The position numbers and the translations under genes were made by a program. This document shows, one piece after another, positions 50,384 through 60,000 of a stretch of 64,000 nucleotides of DNA (within the stretch, counting starts at the first letter, position 1; every line of letters starts with the position of its first letter). Origin of the DNA: an uncultured Alphaproteobacteria bacterium (GTDB lineage: Bacteria > Pseudomonadota > Alphaproteobacteria > HIMB59 > GCA-002718135); contig CACJAV010000001.1 in the NCBI GenBank assembly GCA_902591485.1, positions 142,945-206,944 on the forward strand, written 5' to 3'. The notes under the pieces are model-generated. The model was not told the origin of the DNA. It saw only the letters and a program-made list of their open reading frames with translations, and did no database searches.

Positions 50384-50475
50384 TTATAACTTACTTTGTA
50401 AAAAAATAATTATCAAACAAAAAAAACATTAATTTAATTTTATTGTGAATATGTATGTTGATAAGTTGTTTAAAA

Positions 50476-51426
50476 TTATCTTATTGGTTTATCTAAATTC
50501 ACTTTTATACTTAATTGATACTCTCGATACAAAGTAAAAAAACTTGCAATTAATATTAAAGATAAACCCACAACACTAGTAATGTTTAAATAATCATTCC
50601 AAATTAAGTAACCAAAAAGAATGGACCAAATAATTAAACTATATTCATATGGTGCAATAGTTGCTGGAGAGCCAATACGATATGCTCCAAATAAAGAAAA
50701 GAAACCAATAACACCTGTAAATCCTATGATTATGAGTATTGAAAGAAAGTACAAACTAGGTATTTCCCAAGTCATGAGAACAAATTTATATTCTGAAACT
50801 TGATAAGAGTTAAAAGTTATATTTTGTATTACAAAATATATAATAATTGAAAATAATATAGCTGATAAATAGGTGTGAATTATTTGAGTGAATAATGAAT
50901 CCTTATCAGATGTTTTTTTTTGTATGACAACAGTAAGCGCATAAAAAAAAGCACATAATATTGGAAATAAACTGTAAATATTAAAATTATTAAAATCTGG
51001 ATTTAAAACTAAATATACCCCAAAAAAACCAATAAAAATTGCACCCCACCTAAAGATACCTACTTTTTCTCCAATAATAAACTTAGAAAAAATTGTTACA
51101 AAGAAAGGACTAACAAAAAAAAGAGTTACAGCTTCAGGTAATGAAATTTTTGATAAAGAAAAATAATATAGGCTAAAACCTAAAAAAAAGCCAGAGACTC
51201 TTAAAATAGTAATGAATGGATAATGAGTTTTGAATACAATTTTAATTTGTTTAAATTTACAATAAATAAAAATAGCGAAAAGCCCCACTATAGATCGTGC
51301 TAAATAAATTACATAAATATTAATTGAGTCAGATATAATTTTGATTAGGGCATCTTGTATAGAAAATACAAACATACCTAATATTATTAAGAGAATTGCT
51401 TTTATATTATTATCTAGTGTCATCAT
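50476..51426 (-). CDS. DMT/EamA family transporter
   Basis: About 10 TMs, GEKVGIFRW, APYEYS. Confidence 0.88.
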   Translation of the reverse strand: MMTLDNNIKAILLIILGMFVFSIQDALIKIISDSINIYVIYLARSIVGLFAIFIYCKFKQIKIVFKTHYPFITILRVSGFFLGFSLYYFSLSKISLPEAVTLFFVSPFFVTIFSKFIIGEKVGIFRWGAIFIGFFGVYLVLNPDFNNFNIYSLFPILCAFFYALTVVIQKKTSDKDSLFTQIIHTYLSAILFSIIIYFVIQNITFNSYQVSEYKFVLMTWEIPSLYFLSILIIIGFTGVIGFFSLFGAYRIGSPATIAPYEYSLIIWSILFGYLIWNDYLNITSVVGLSLILIASFFTLYREYQLSIKVNLDKPIR

Positions 51427-51455
51427 ATTTTAATGAGTGTTATAAAGTTTTGTTA

Positions 51456-52541
51456 ATGAAACAAAAGAAATTATTTAATGTAATTGGAGTAATGACTGGA
51501 ACATCAATGGATGGCATTGACATATCTTATGTTTCAACTGATGGAATTAAAAAAATCAGAATTTACAATGAAAAAAGCTATCAATATTCAATAAAAGAAA
51601 TTCAAAATATAAAAAAATTTTTATTAATAAAAAAATATCCAAAGGATATCATAAGAAATCAAGATACAAAAATAACAAAATTAATAGTAAAATATTTAAG
51701 TAAATTTTTAAAAGAGTTTAAAGTAAAAAAATTTGATTACATTAGTTTAAGTGGGCAAACTATTTTTCACAATCCTGATAAAAAAATTTCTATTCAATTA
51801 GGTAATGCTAAGTTTGTATCTAAAACTTTTAAAACTAGTGTAATAAGCAATTTTAGAGAAAATGATATCAAGAATGGTGGTCAAGGTGCTCCAATTGGTG
51901 CGTTTTATCATAAACTACTATTAGACAAGATTAATAAAAAAGCTGTATTAATAAATTTAGGTGGAGTTGCAAATTTTGCACTTACTCATCAAAGAAAATT
52001 TATTTCATCTGATATTGGCCCAGCAAATGCATTATCAGATGACTTAATGATGTTTTTCTTTAAAAAAAATTATGACAAAAACGGTATATTAGCATCTAAA
52101 GGTAAAATAAATTTAAATATTTTAAATTTATTTAAAAAAGATAAATTCTTTAAACAAAAAATTCCTAAATCACTTGATAGAAATAATTTTCACTATCTAA
52201 TTAAAAAACTGAAAAGAATAAAATCTCATAATGCCTTATGTACATCAATTTATTTTACAATATTTTCAATAATGAATTTATTAGAAAAAGATATTTGCTC
52301 TGGAATAAATGAAATAATATTTACAGGCGGAGGAAGGAAAAATAAGTTTTTAATTTCACAATTCAAATATCTCAATCATAAGTATAAAATCTCAATTATA
52401 GATAATTACGGGTTTGATGGAGATTTACTTGAAGCACAAATGTTTGCTTATATAGGTATTAGATCACTAAAAAAATTAAATTTAAGCACTCCATATACAA
52501 CGGGAGTTAAAAATAATCTTACTGGTGGTAATGTTTATTGA
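51456..52541 (+). CDS. anmK: Anhydro-N-acetylmuramic acid kinase
   Basis: GVMTGTSMDGID, GQT, GGQGAP, NLGGVAN, DIGPAN, GGGRKN; start moved to ATG 51456. Confidence 0.9.
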   Translation: MKQKKLFNVIGVMTGTSMDGIDISYVSTDGIKKIRIYNEKSYQYSIKEIQNIKKFLLIKKYPKDIIRNQDTKITKLIVKYLSKFLKEFKVKKFDYISLSGQTIFHNPDKKISIQLGNAKFVSKTFKTSVISNFRENDIKNGGQGAPIGAFYHKLLLDKINKKAVLINLGGVANFALTHQRKFISSDIGPANALSDDLMMFFFKKNYDKNGILASKGKINLNILNLFKKDKFFKQKIPKSLDRNNFHYLIKKLKRIKSHNALCTSIYFTIFSIMNLLEKDICSGINEIIFTGGGRKNKFLISQFKYLNHKYKISIIDNYGFDGDLLEAQMFAYIGIRSLKKLNLSTPYTTGVKNNLTGGNVY

Positions 52542-53515
52542 TTTTTTTTAACTATCTGATTCCAAGATTGATAATCAATATTTGATCCACATAATAAAAT
52601 CAATGTATTTTGATTTCTTAATTTTAAAGGACTCATTTTTTTTAAAGCCGCAAAACCTGCTACACAGGCAGGCTCAAGAAATAATTTTAAATTTTTAAAA
52701 GCAAACAACATTGAATCAATCATATCTTGATCATGAATATTAATCATTTGATCAATTACTTTTCTTGCAACATCAAAAGAATATGGCATATGAAGAGGTG
52801 CACACAAACTATCAGCAATGCTATCTATCTCTACTTTACTAAGTGGAGAGTTATCTTTTAAACTATTCGTCATTCCTTTTGCACCATTTGGCTCAACACC
52901 TACAATATTTACATTAGGAAATATTTGTTTTAATGCAGAACCTATTCCACTTATTAAACCTCCTCCACCAACTGAAATTATCACATTATTAATTGTAGTA
53001 TTTAAATTTTTAATTTGATTAGCTATTTCTAAACCTAATGTTGCTGATCCTTGCAAAGTATACAGACCATCAAATGGATGTATAAATTTATAACCTTCTT
53101 TTTCAGCTTTTATAACTTTATCAAATGCATTGGTAGCATTAGTAAATAAAATATTAGCACCATATTTTTTACATATGTTTACTCTGTAAGGATTTGCAGA
53201 CTCATAAAGAAAAATTTTATTTTTTAGATTAAAAATATTTGATATATATGCAGCTGCTATTGCATGATTACCTGCACTAACAGCAGTAATACCATCTTGT
53301 AGATCTTTTTTTTTACTAGATATAATATTATTGACTGCTCCTCTTGCTTTAAATGATCCACTTTTTTGAAAGCATTCAAATTTAAAATATAAATTAGTGT
53401 TAAATTGCTGATCAATTAAATTATTGGCTTTGATTAACGGTGTAACATTAATAAAAGATTTAATATTTTTATAAACTTGCTCTATAGAATTAATTGAGAG
53501 TTCTTGGGGTATCAA
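52535..53515 (-). CDS. PLP-dependent threonine/serine dehydratase family protein (no regulatory domain)
   Basis: FQKSGSFKARGA, SAGNHA, HPFD, VGGGGL, CGSN. Confidence 0.88.
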   Translation of the reverse strand: MIPQELSINSIEQVYKNIKSFINVTPLIKANNLIDQQFNTNLYFKFECFQKSGSFKARGAVNNIISSKKKDLQDGITAVSAGNHAIAAAYISNIFNLKNKIFLYESANPYRVNICKKYGANILFTNATNAFDKVIKAEKEGYKFIHPFDGLYTLQGSATLGLEIANQIKNLNTTINNVIISVGGGGLISGIGSALKQIFPNVNIVGVEPNGAKGMTNSLKDNSPLSKVEIDSIADSLCAPLHMPYSFDVARKVIDQMINIHDQDMIDSMLFAFKNLKLFLEPACVAGFAALKKMSPLKLRNQNTLILLCGSNIDYQSWNQIVKKNQ

Positions 53516-53640
53516 GATTTTGCTCTAATTTCTTTTATTTTATCAAATGCACTTCCAGCCATTACACCTAATATTGCTCCAATAGGACCACCTAATGCAA
53601 AACCTGCAGCACCTCCCAATAATCTTCCCCAAATACTCAT
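53512..53640 (-). CDS. 42-aa glycine-zipper peptide resembling the DjlA N-terminal membrane anchor (absent from ORF track)
   Basis: MSIWGRLLGGAAGFALGGPIGAILGVMAGSAFDKIKEIRAKS*; ATGA overlap upstream and TTGA overlap downstream. Confidence 0.7.
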   Translation of the reverse strand: MSIWGRLLGGAAGFALGGPIGAILGVMAGSAFDKIKEIRAKS

Positions 53641-53882
53641 TGCAGCATCTCTACAATTTCTTTTAACTCTTCTAATTCTGAAGATGAAATTAATTGATCT
53701 TTGTTAATATCAATCAATTGAAATATAATATTGATTGATTGATTAATCTCTTCAATAGACACAAAGCCATCATTGTTTAAATCAATAATCTTAAAATAAG
53801 TTATTTCTTGCTGATTTAATTCAGCAGATTTTACAGAGGATAGAAATAGAAAAAAAATTACAATTATTCTTAACCAAACCAT
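53637..53882 (-). CDS. Small exported EF-hand protein
   Basis: Signal peptide, then DLNNDGFVSIEE and DINKDQLISSSE calcium-loop motifs. Confidence 0.78.
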   Translation of the reverse strand: MVWLRIIVIFFLFLSSVKSAELNQQEITYFKIIDLNNDGFVSIEEINQSINIIFQLIDINKDQLISSSELEELKEIVEMLQ

Positions 53883-54091
53883 CTATACATTCCTATAATA
53901 CCAGCACTTGCATAGAAAACTTGTAATAATAGTATACCTTTGTATCCTAATTTATAAGCCCAGATACCAATCAAAAGAGCTGATATTAGTAATAAGCTAA
54001 AGCCTAGAAACTCTAGGCCAATGTTTAATGCAACGAATAAAGAATACAAAATGGCCGTTAATACTCCAGCCCATTCTAAAATCTTAATCAA
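53870..54091 (-). CDS. Small three-TM membrane protein
   Basis: 73 aa, hydrophobic; tightly packed between cspA and the EF-hand gene. Confidence 0.65.
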   Translation of the reverse strand: MIKILEWAGVLTAILYSLFVALNIGLEFLGFSLLLISALLIGIWAYKLGYKGILLLQVFYASAGIIGMYRWFG

Positions 54092-54094
54092 ATA

Positions 54095-54301
54095 TTATGA
54101 TACTTTTTTTACGTTAATAGCGTTTTCTTTTCCTCTGTTCTCACCAATTTCAAATGAAACAGCTTCTCCTTCTTGTAGCTGATCAATTCCAGCTTCTTCT
54201 AAAGCAGAAATATGCAAAAAAACATCTTTGCCGCCAGCATCGTTTTCAATAAATCCGTAACCTTTAGTTGGATTAAACCATTTAATTTTACCTGTAGCCA
54301 T
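54095..54301 (-). CDS. cspA: Cold-shock protein
   Basis: GKIKWFNPTKGYGFI, DVFLHISAL; AGGAG SD. Confidence 0.95.
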   Translation of the reverse strand: MATGKIKWFNPTKGYGFIENDAGGKDVFLHISALEEAGIDQLQEGEAVSFEIGENRGKENAINVKKVS

Positions 54302-54445
54302 GTAGTCTCCTTTTGTTTTATTGTATGGGAATGTAAGATTTGTATTTTAATTAGTAAATATAACTATAAATCTCGTCGGTAATTAATTAAGAAAGTAACT
54401 AACAATAATTCTAATAATTGCAAGCTATATTATAAAGTTAAAGAA

Positions 54446-55276
54446 ATGCTAAGCTATAAACATGGATATCATGCAGGAAATGAAGCCGATGTACTAAAAC
54501 ATATCTGCCTAATTCAAGCATATAAAAGCATAAAAAGGCATCATAAATCAATTACTTACATAGATACGCATTCAGGTAGTGGAATTTATAAATTTGATAG
54601 CGATTATATGTCTAAAAATAAAGAGTACATTAGAGGTATTACTAAATTAGAAAATTATAAATTCGAGAACCAATCTATAAATTATTACTTAAAGGTTTTA
54701 AGAAATATAAATAACTCTAAAAAATTATTATTTTATCCTGGATCACCGTTAATTATGAATCATCTTACTGATAATCTGGATAAATTATTATTTTATGAAC
54801 TTCATAATAATGAATTTAATTTGTTGAGAAAAAATCTATCAAAAAACATTAATGCAAAAATATGCAATGAGGATGGATTTGTATTTCTTGATAAAATAAA
54901 TGCAAACAGAAAAACTCTAGCATTAATTGACCCATCTTATGAAATAAAAGATGATTTTAATAAAGTTTTAAATACACTAGCAATATTAAATGCAAAATTT
55001 GAAAATTTGACAGCAATAATTTGGTACCCAGTTTTGAATATTGAAAAAAATGACCTATTTATTGAAAATGTAAGAAAAATTGGCTCAAATAGAATAACTA
55101 GAATTGAGTTACCCTTAAAACAATATGATGAGGAAGTTGGCATGAAAGGATCAGGTATTATATTATTTGATGGATCACCCTATCTAATAAATTTAATGAG
55201 AGATTGTGTAAGAGAGCTGTATCTTCTTTTAAAAGATGGATATTGCAACATAAGACCAAAAATTCAAAAATTATAA
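54446..55276 (+). CDS. rlmJ: 23S rRNA m6A2030 methyltransferase
   Basis: YKHGYHAGNEADVLKH, DTHSGSG, YPGSP, IDPSYE, WYP. Confidence 0.9.
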   Translation: MLSYKHGYHAGNEADVLKHICLIQAYKSIKRHHKSITYIDTHSGSGIYKFDSDYMSKNKEYIRGITKLENYKFENQSINYYLKVLRNINNSKKLLFYPGSPLIMNHLTDNLDKLLFYELHNNEFNLLRKNLSKNINAKICNEDGFVFLDKINANRKTLALIDPSYEIKDDFNKVLNTLAILNAKFENLTAIIWYPVLNIEKNDLFIENVRKIGSNRITRIELPLKQYDEEVGMKGSGIILFDGSPYLINLMRDCVRELYLLLKDGYCNIRPKIQKL

Positions 55277-56640
55277 TGTCTAATAATAGTATAAATTTAA
55301 AAGAAGATAGTATTTATTCATTATTTATAAAAATTGCTATCCCCTCCTCTATAGGAACAATATTTCAAAATTTATATTCAGTTGTAGACTCAATCTTTGC
55401 TGGTAAAATGATTTCTGATCAAGCTCTGGCAGCAATAGGACAAATATTTCCAATTTATTTTATAATAATAGCTTTAGGTGTAGGTTTAAGTATTGGAACA
55501 ACTGCTCTTATAGCTAATAGTATAGGTGAAAATAATTTAAATAATTCTGGTAATATTTTCACTCAATCTTTTTTACTTTCAATTTTAGTAGCATTATTAG
55601 TTACTTTTATTGGTATATATTTTAGTCCTTCATTAATTATGTTTATGAACAAGGATTTAATCACATTGGATTTATCCTTACGATATTTAAATATTATTTT
55701 CTTTGGCTCAATTTTCATCTTTATTCTGATGTCAATTAACTCATCTTTGAGTGCACAAGGAGACACAAAGAGTTACAGGAATGTTTTAATTTTTAGTTTT
55801 TTTTTAAATATAGCTCTTAATCCAATATTAATTTCGGGAAAATTTTTTAATTATCAAATATTTTCACCTTTAGGAATTGATGGTATTGCCTATGCTACTA
55901 TAATCTCTCAATTTGTTGGTATTTTTTATCTTTTTATAAAGCTATCTAAAACTTTAATTTATAAATATGTAAAAATTACAATTATTCCAAATATTAAGAT
56001 TATTAAGAATATATTATCACAAGGAATTCCAGCTTCTATTGGTATGATGATGATTGCAGTTGGATCTTATATTTTAATTTATTTTGTAAGTATTTTTGGA
56101 GTAGATGCAATTGCGGGCTATACTGCCGCAGGAAGGTATGAACAATTATTTTTTTTACCTTTACTTGGATTAAGTACTGCTACTGTATCAATAGTTGGGC
56201 AAAATTTTGGAGCAAAACAATTTTTACGTGTTTTGGAAACATATAAAAAAGCTGTTGGGGTCGCATTAGTAATATTATCAATTCTAGGCATAATAATTTT
56301 TATTACATCAGAAATAGCTATGAGCTTGTTTACCGAAAATGAGGAAGTTAAAAAATTTGGTTCAAATTATCTTAAAATCTCAGCTTTGATGTTTCCTGCA
56401 TTTCCATTTTTTTTCATTGGAAATGCAACTTTTCAAGGATTAAAAAAAGCTATAATTGTTATGTATATGGCAATCATGAGATTTGTTTTTATTCCTTTAG
56501 TTATGATATCAATAATTTTTTATCAATTTGGTGAAAGTTATATGCTAATGTTTTATTCAATTGCTTTCATGCATTGGGCAATAGGCTTATCATACTACTA
56601 TTTCTGTTCAAAAAAATTCAGAAGTATTCTAAATTTATAA
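55276..56640 (+). CDS. MATE family efflux transporter
   Basis: IAIP...QNLYSVVDSIF, GDTK, NIALNPIL, VGQNFGA; start moved to ATG 55276, coupled to the rlmJ stop. Confidence 0.9.
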   Translation: MSNNSINLKEDSIYSLFIKIAIPSSIGTIFQNLYSVVDSIFAGKMISDQALAAIGQIFPIYFIIIALGVGLSIGTTALIANSIGENNLNNSGNIFTQSFLLSILVALLVTFIGIYFSPSLIMFMNKDLITLDLSLRYLNIIFFGSIFIFILMSINSSLSAQGDTKSYRNVLIFSFFLNIALNPILISGKFFNYQIFSPLGIDGIAYATIISQFVGIFYLFIKLSKTLIYKYVKITIIPNIKIIKNILSQGIPASIGMMMIAVGSYILIYFVSIFGVDAIAGYTAAGRYEQLFFLPLLGLSTATVSIVGQNFGAKQFLRVLETYKKAVGVALVILSILGIIIFITSEIAMSLFTENEEVKKFGSNYLKISALMFPAFPFFFIGNATFQGLKKAIIVMYMAIMRFVFIPLVMISIIFYQFGESYMLMFYSIAFMHWAIGLSYYYFCSKKFRSILNL

Positions 56641-56641
56641 T

Positions 56642-57268
56642 TTATTCGATACCTGATAAATTAGGAACAAAAAGAACATCATCAAAAGTTTCTGACTCTA
56701 ATTTATTTTCTATTTTTTTATACTTAACAATTATCTGTTTATTTTTCTCAACCATTGGAGCAACAATAATTCCACCTTCAACAATTTGTGACTCTATTTC
56801 CTTAGATATCAATGGAGTTGCAGCTGTTATTATAATCCTATCAAATGGAATTTGCTCTTTCCAACCATGATTACCATCTGCATATTTAGTTACTATATTT
56901 GAGATTTTTAATTCTTTAAAAACTTTTTCAGCTTTAACGAGTAAATTTTTAATTCTTTCTATGGTATAAACTCTTCTTACTAATTTTGATAAAACTGCAC
57001 TTTGATAACCACTGCCAGTTCCAATTTCTAAAATTTTATGTTTTGGCTGAACTTCCAATAGTTGAGTCATTTTTGCAACAACAAATGGCTGACTAATTGT
57101 TTGATTATCGCCAATTGGTAAAGCAATATTATCATATGCTTGGTTGCGAAAATTATAGGGTATAAATTTATCCCTTGGTATTTTTTCTATAGCCGATAGA
57201 ATATTTGAGTCAGCAATACCTGACTCTCTTAATTCCAAAATTAGCCTAATTTTCTTAACATCTAGCAC
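56642..57268 (-). CDS. pcm: Protein-L-isoaspartate O-methyltransferase
   Basis: QTISQP, LEIGTGSGY, PFDRIIITAA, FVP. Confidence 0.94.
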   Translation of the reverse strand: MLDVKKIRLILELRESGIADSNILSAIEKIPRDKFIPYNFRNQAYDNIALPIGDNQTISQPFVVAKMTQLLEVQPKHKILEIGTGSGYQSAVLSKLVRRVYTIERIKNLLVKAEKVFKELKISNIVTKYADGNHGWKEQIPFDRIIITAATPLISKEIESQIVEGGIIVAPMVEKNKQIIVKYKKIENKLESETFDDVLFVPNLSGIE

Positions 57269-58530
57269 TAAAATAAAGTATCTGAATTATCAAAATATTT
57301 TTTAAGAACATCAGGAATTTTAACATTACCATCTGCGGTTTGATAATTTTCTAAGATAGCTATTAAAGTTCTCCCAACAGCCAATCCTGACCCATTTAAT
57401 GTATGAATATAAATATTTTTATCATCTTTTTTGTATCTAGTATTCATTCTTCTTGCTTGGAAATCTCCACAATTTGAGCAACTAGAGATTTCTCGGTATT
57501 TATTTTCTCCTGGAAGCCAAACCTCAATATCATATGTTTTATTGGCATTAAAACCCATATCACCAGTGCATAAAGTCATAACCCTATAATGAAGATTCAA
57601 ATCTTTAAGTATTCCTTCTGCACAGTTAAGCATTCTTTCTAGTTCATCTTTTGAATGTTCAGGTTCCACTAGTGAGACAAGTTCGACTTTAGTAAATTGA
57701 TGCTGTCTTAGCATTCCTCTTGTATCTTTTCCAGCCGCACCTGCTTCTGATCTAAAACAAGGAGTGTAAGAAGTGACTCTCATTGGAAGTTGGCTTATAT
57801 TTAATATTTCATTACTATGAAGAGCTGTAAGAGGTATTTCTGCAGTAGGTATGAGCCAATGATCATCACCTGCAGTGAATAAATCATCTGCAAATTTTGG
57901 TAACTGCCCGGTTCCATATAATGTATCTGCTTTTACTAAATATGGTACGTGCATTTCGACATACCCGTTTATTGAAGTATGTTTATCTATCATAAAATTT
58001 GCAATTGCTCTTTCTAGTTTAGAGAGATTACCTTTCAAAATTACAAATCTAGATCCTGATAGTTTTGTTGCAGTCTCAAAATTCATAAAGCTAGCATTTT
58101 CACCAATTTCAAAATGTTGTTTTGGGTCAAAATCAAAAGAAGGTTTTCCCCCCCAATCCCTATAGAATACATTTTCTTCCTCATTAGTTCCTATCGGAGT
58201 GCTAGAGTCTGGCATGTTAGGAAGTCTACTTAAAATTGCGTTCAACTCATCATTTTTTAGAGTTTCTAATTCTTTTAAGGCATTGATCTTATTTTTTAAA
58301 TCATCTACTTGAGCCATTTCATTGGTAGCTTCTTTTTTTTCACTTTTCAATTTACCTATAGTTTTTGACAATTGATTTCTATCTGCTAATAAATTTTGTA
58401 ACGCTGTTTGAGCCTCTCTTTTTTCCTTATCTATATCTATAATTTTTTGTGAAATAGAGTTTTCACCTCTTGATTTCATAAAGTTATCAAATTCTACAGG
58501 ATTGTCCCTTATATAATTAATATTATGCAT
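57268..58530 (-). CDS. serS: Serine--tRNA ligase
   Basis: GTGQLPKF, LIPTAE, FRSEAG, RQHQFTKVE, EISSCS, TLNGSGLAVGR. Confidence 0.97.
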   Translation of the reverse strand: MHNINYIRDNPVEFDNFMKSRGENSISQKIIDIDKEKREAQTALQNLLADRNQLSKTIGKLKSEKKEATNEMAQVDDLKNKINALKELETLKNDELNAILSRLPNMPDSSTPIGTNEEENVFYRDWGGKPSFDFDPKQHFEIGENASFMNFETATKLSGSRFVILKGNLSKLERAIANFMIDKHTSINGYVEMHVPYLVKADTLYGTGQLPKFADDLFTAGDDHWLIPTAEIPLTALHSNEILNISQLPMRVTSYTPCFRSEAGAAGKDTRGMLRQHQFTKVELVSLVEPEHSKDELERMLNCAEGILKDLNLHYRVMTLCTGDMGFNANKTYDIEVWLPGENKYREISSCSNCGDFQARRMNTRYKKDDKNIYIHTLNGSGLAVGRTLIAILENYQTADGNVKIPDVLKKYFDNSDTLF

Positions 58531-59288
58531 TAATCGTCTTGTTTATTTTTCTGAATGATTTTAGCTATATAAATAGAAACTTCATAGAGTAATATTATTG
58601 GTAAAGCGAGACTAATTTGACTAAAGGGATCTGGTGGTGTTAAAAATGCAGCTGATAAAAAAGCAATTACAATTGCATACTTCCTAAACTTTTTAAGAGA
58701 TTCATGATTAACAATTCCAACTTTTGCCATCAGACCCAAAACAACTGGTAATTGAAATGCTAATCCAAACGCAAAAATAAATCTCATCATTAAGGATAAA
58801 TACTCACCCATTTTTGCTTCCAATCGAATAGGCACACCTGCACTACTCATATTTTGATAAGAAAGAAAAAAATTCCAAGCAAGAGGGGCAATTAAATAAT
58901 AAACCATAGCCCCACCAGCAAAAAATAAAATTGGGGTCGCTATTAAAAAAGGTAAAAAAGCATTTTTTTCATGTCTATATAGTCCTGGTGCAATAAATTT
59001 CCAAATTTGAATAGCTATTAATGGGAAGGCAAAAAATAAAGCAAAAAAGAAAGCAATTTTAAGTTCTGTGAAAAAAGCTTCTTGTAAGGCCGTATAAATA
59101 AATCCTTGCCCTTTATCAATTTGTAATAAGTTGACTAGAGGTTTGGCTAGAAAATAAAATAAATCACTTGCAAAATAAAAACATATTACAAAAATAATAA
59201 TTATGTAAATAAAACTCCATAAAAGCCTTTTACGCAATTCTGTTAAATGATCAATTAATGACATTTCTTTAAATTCTGGATTATTCAT
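58530..59288 (-). CDS. tatC: Twin-arginine translocase TatC
   Basis: HLTELRKRL, FIAPGLY, TPPDPFSQ. Confidence 0.96.
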   Translation of the reverse strand: MNNPEFKEMSLIDHLTELRKRLLWSFIYIIIIFVICFYFASDLFYFLAKPLVNLLQIDKGQGFIYTALQEAFFTELKIAFFFALFFAFPLIAIQIWKFIAPGLYRHEKNAFLPFLIATPILFFAGGAMVYYLIAPLAWNFFLSYQNMSSAGVPIRLEAKMGEYLSLMMRFIFAFGLAFQLPVVLGLMAKVGIVNHESLKKFRKYAIVIAFLSAAFLTPPDPFSQISLALPIILLYEVSIYIAKIIQKNKQDD

Positions 59289-59296
59289 AATATTTA

Positions 59297-59716
59297 CTAA
59301 ATTAAATCAGCCTCATCTTGAATCTTACTTTTTTTTTTATCATGAACATCTTTTTCTGCTAAAGAAGCTGTTTCTTTTTTTGAATTAATTTCATTTTCTA
59401 AATTTTGTAAGCCCTTAACTTCATTTTCAATGATAGTAGTTGTGTCTTTAAAAGATTTTATTTCAGACTTAAACTTTCCTTTCAAATCAATATCATCTTT
59501 AATTTTATTAACTTCATTTAAAGAAGACTTAACATCTTTAAAATCTTCATGATCAGCAATTTCATTTAAAGAGTATTTAAATTCTCTAGATAATTTTTTT
59601 AATGATTTAGTAAAAGTGGATAATTGTTTAATTAGTTTAGGAAGATCTTTGGGTCCAACAACTACTATTATAACAACAGTAACTAGAAGAATTTCACCCC
59701 AGCCAAAAGTAAGCAT
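59297..59716 (-). CDS. tatB: Twin-arginine translocase TatB
   Basis: FGWGEILL...VVGPKDLP; between tatA and tatC. Confidence 0.92.
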   Translation of the reverse strand: MLTFGWGEILLVTVVIIVVVGPKDLPKLIKQLSTFTKSLKKLSREFKYSLNEIADHEDFKDVKSSLNEVNKIKDDIDLKGKFKSEIKSFKDTTTIIENEVKGLQNLENEINSKKETASLAEKDVHDKKKSKIQDEADLI

Positions 59717-59718
59717 AA

Positions 59719-59904
59719 TTACTTTTCACTATCAGAATTATTCTCTATGTTTTTATCTTCTTTTTTATCATCATCGCTCATACCTTTTTTAAAAGATTTA
59801 ATTCCTTTAGCCATATCGCCCATGAGCTGAGGTATTTTACCTCGACCAAATAATAATAACACAATAACTAATACTATCAAAAGTTGCCAAATGCTTGGTG
59901 TCAT
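59719..59904 (-). CDS. tatA: Twin-arginine translocase TatA
   Basis: [22 protein letters not shown]...GIKSFKKG. Confidence 0.95.
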   Translation of the reverse strand: MTPSIWQLLIVLVIVLLLFGRGKIPQLMGDMAKGIKSFKKGMSDDDKKEDKNIENNSDSEK

Positions 59905-60000
59905 AAATTATCTCCTTTTATGAATGCTCATAACGTATAATTTAAAAAAGTAAAACTCAATAAATGAAATAAACTTATAGAAAACTAAATATTTTGGTAA

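Noticed and set aside
51456-52541. AnmK as a levoglucosan kinase linked to the sugar island
   Set aside because: The families are homologous, but the gene is 30 kb away and nothing in the sequence argues against ordinary AnmK.
53504-53707. Plus-strand 67-aa Pro/Ala-rich ORF
   Set aside because: It is the antisense reading of the Gly-rich minus-strand peptide and EF-hand gene.
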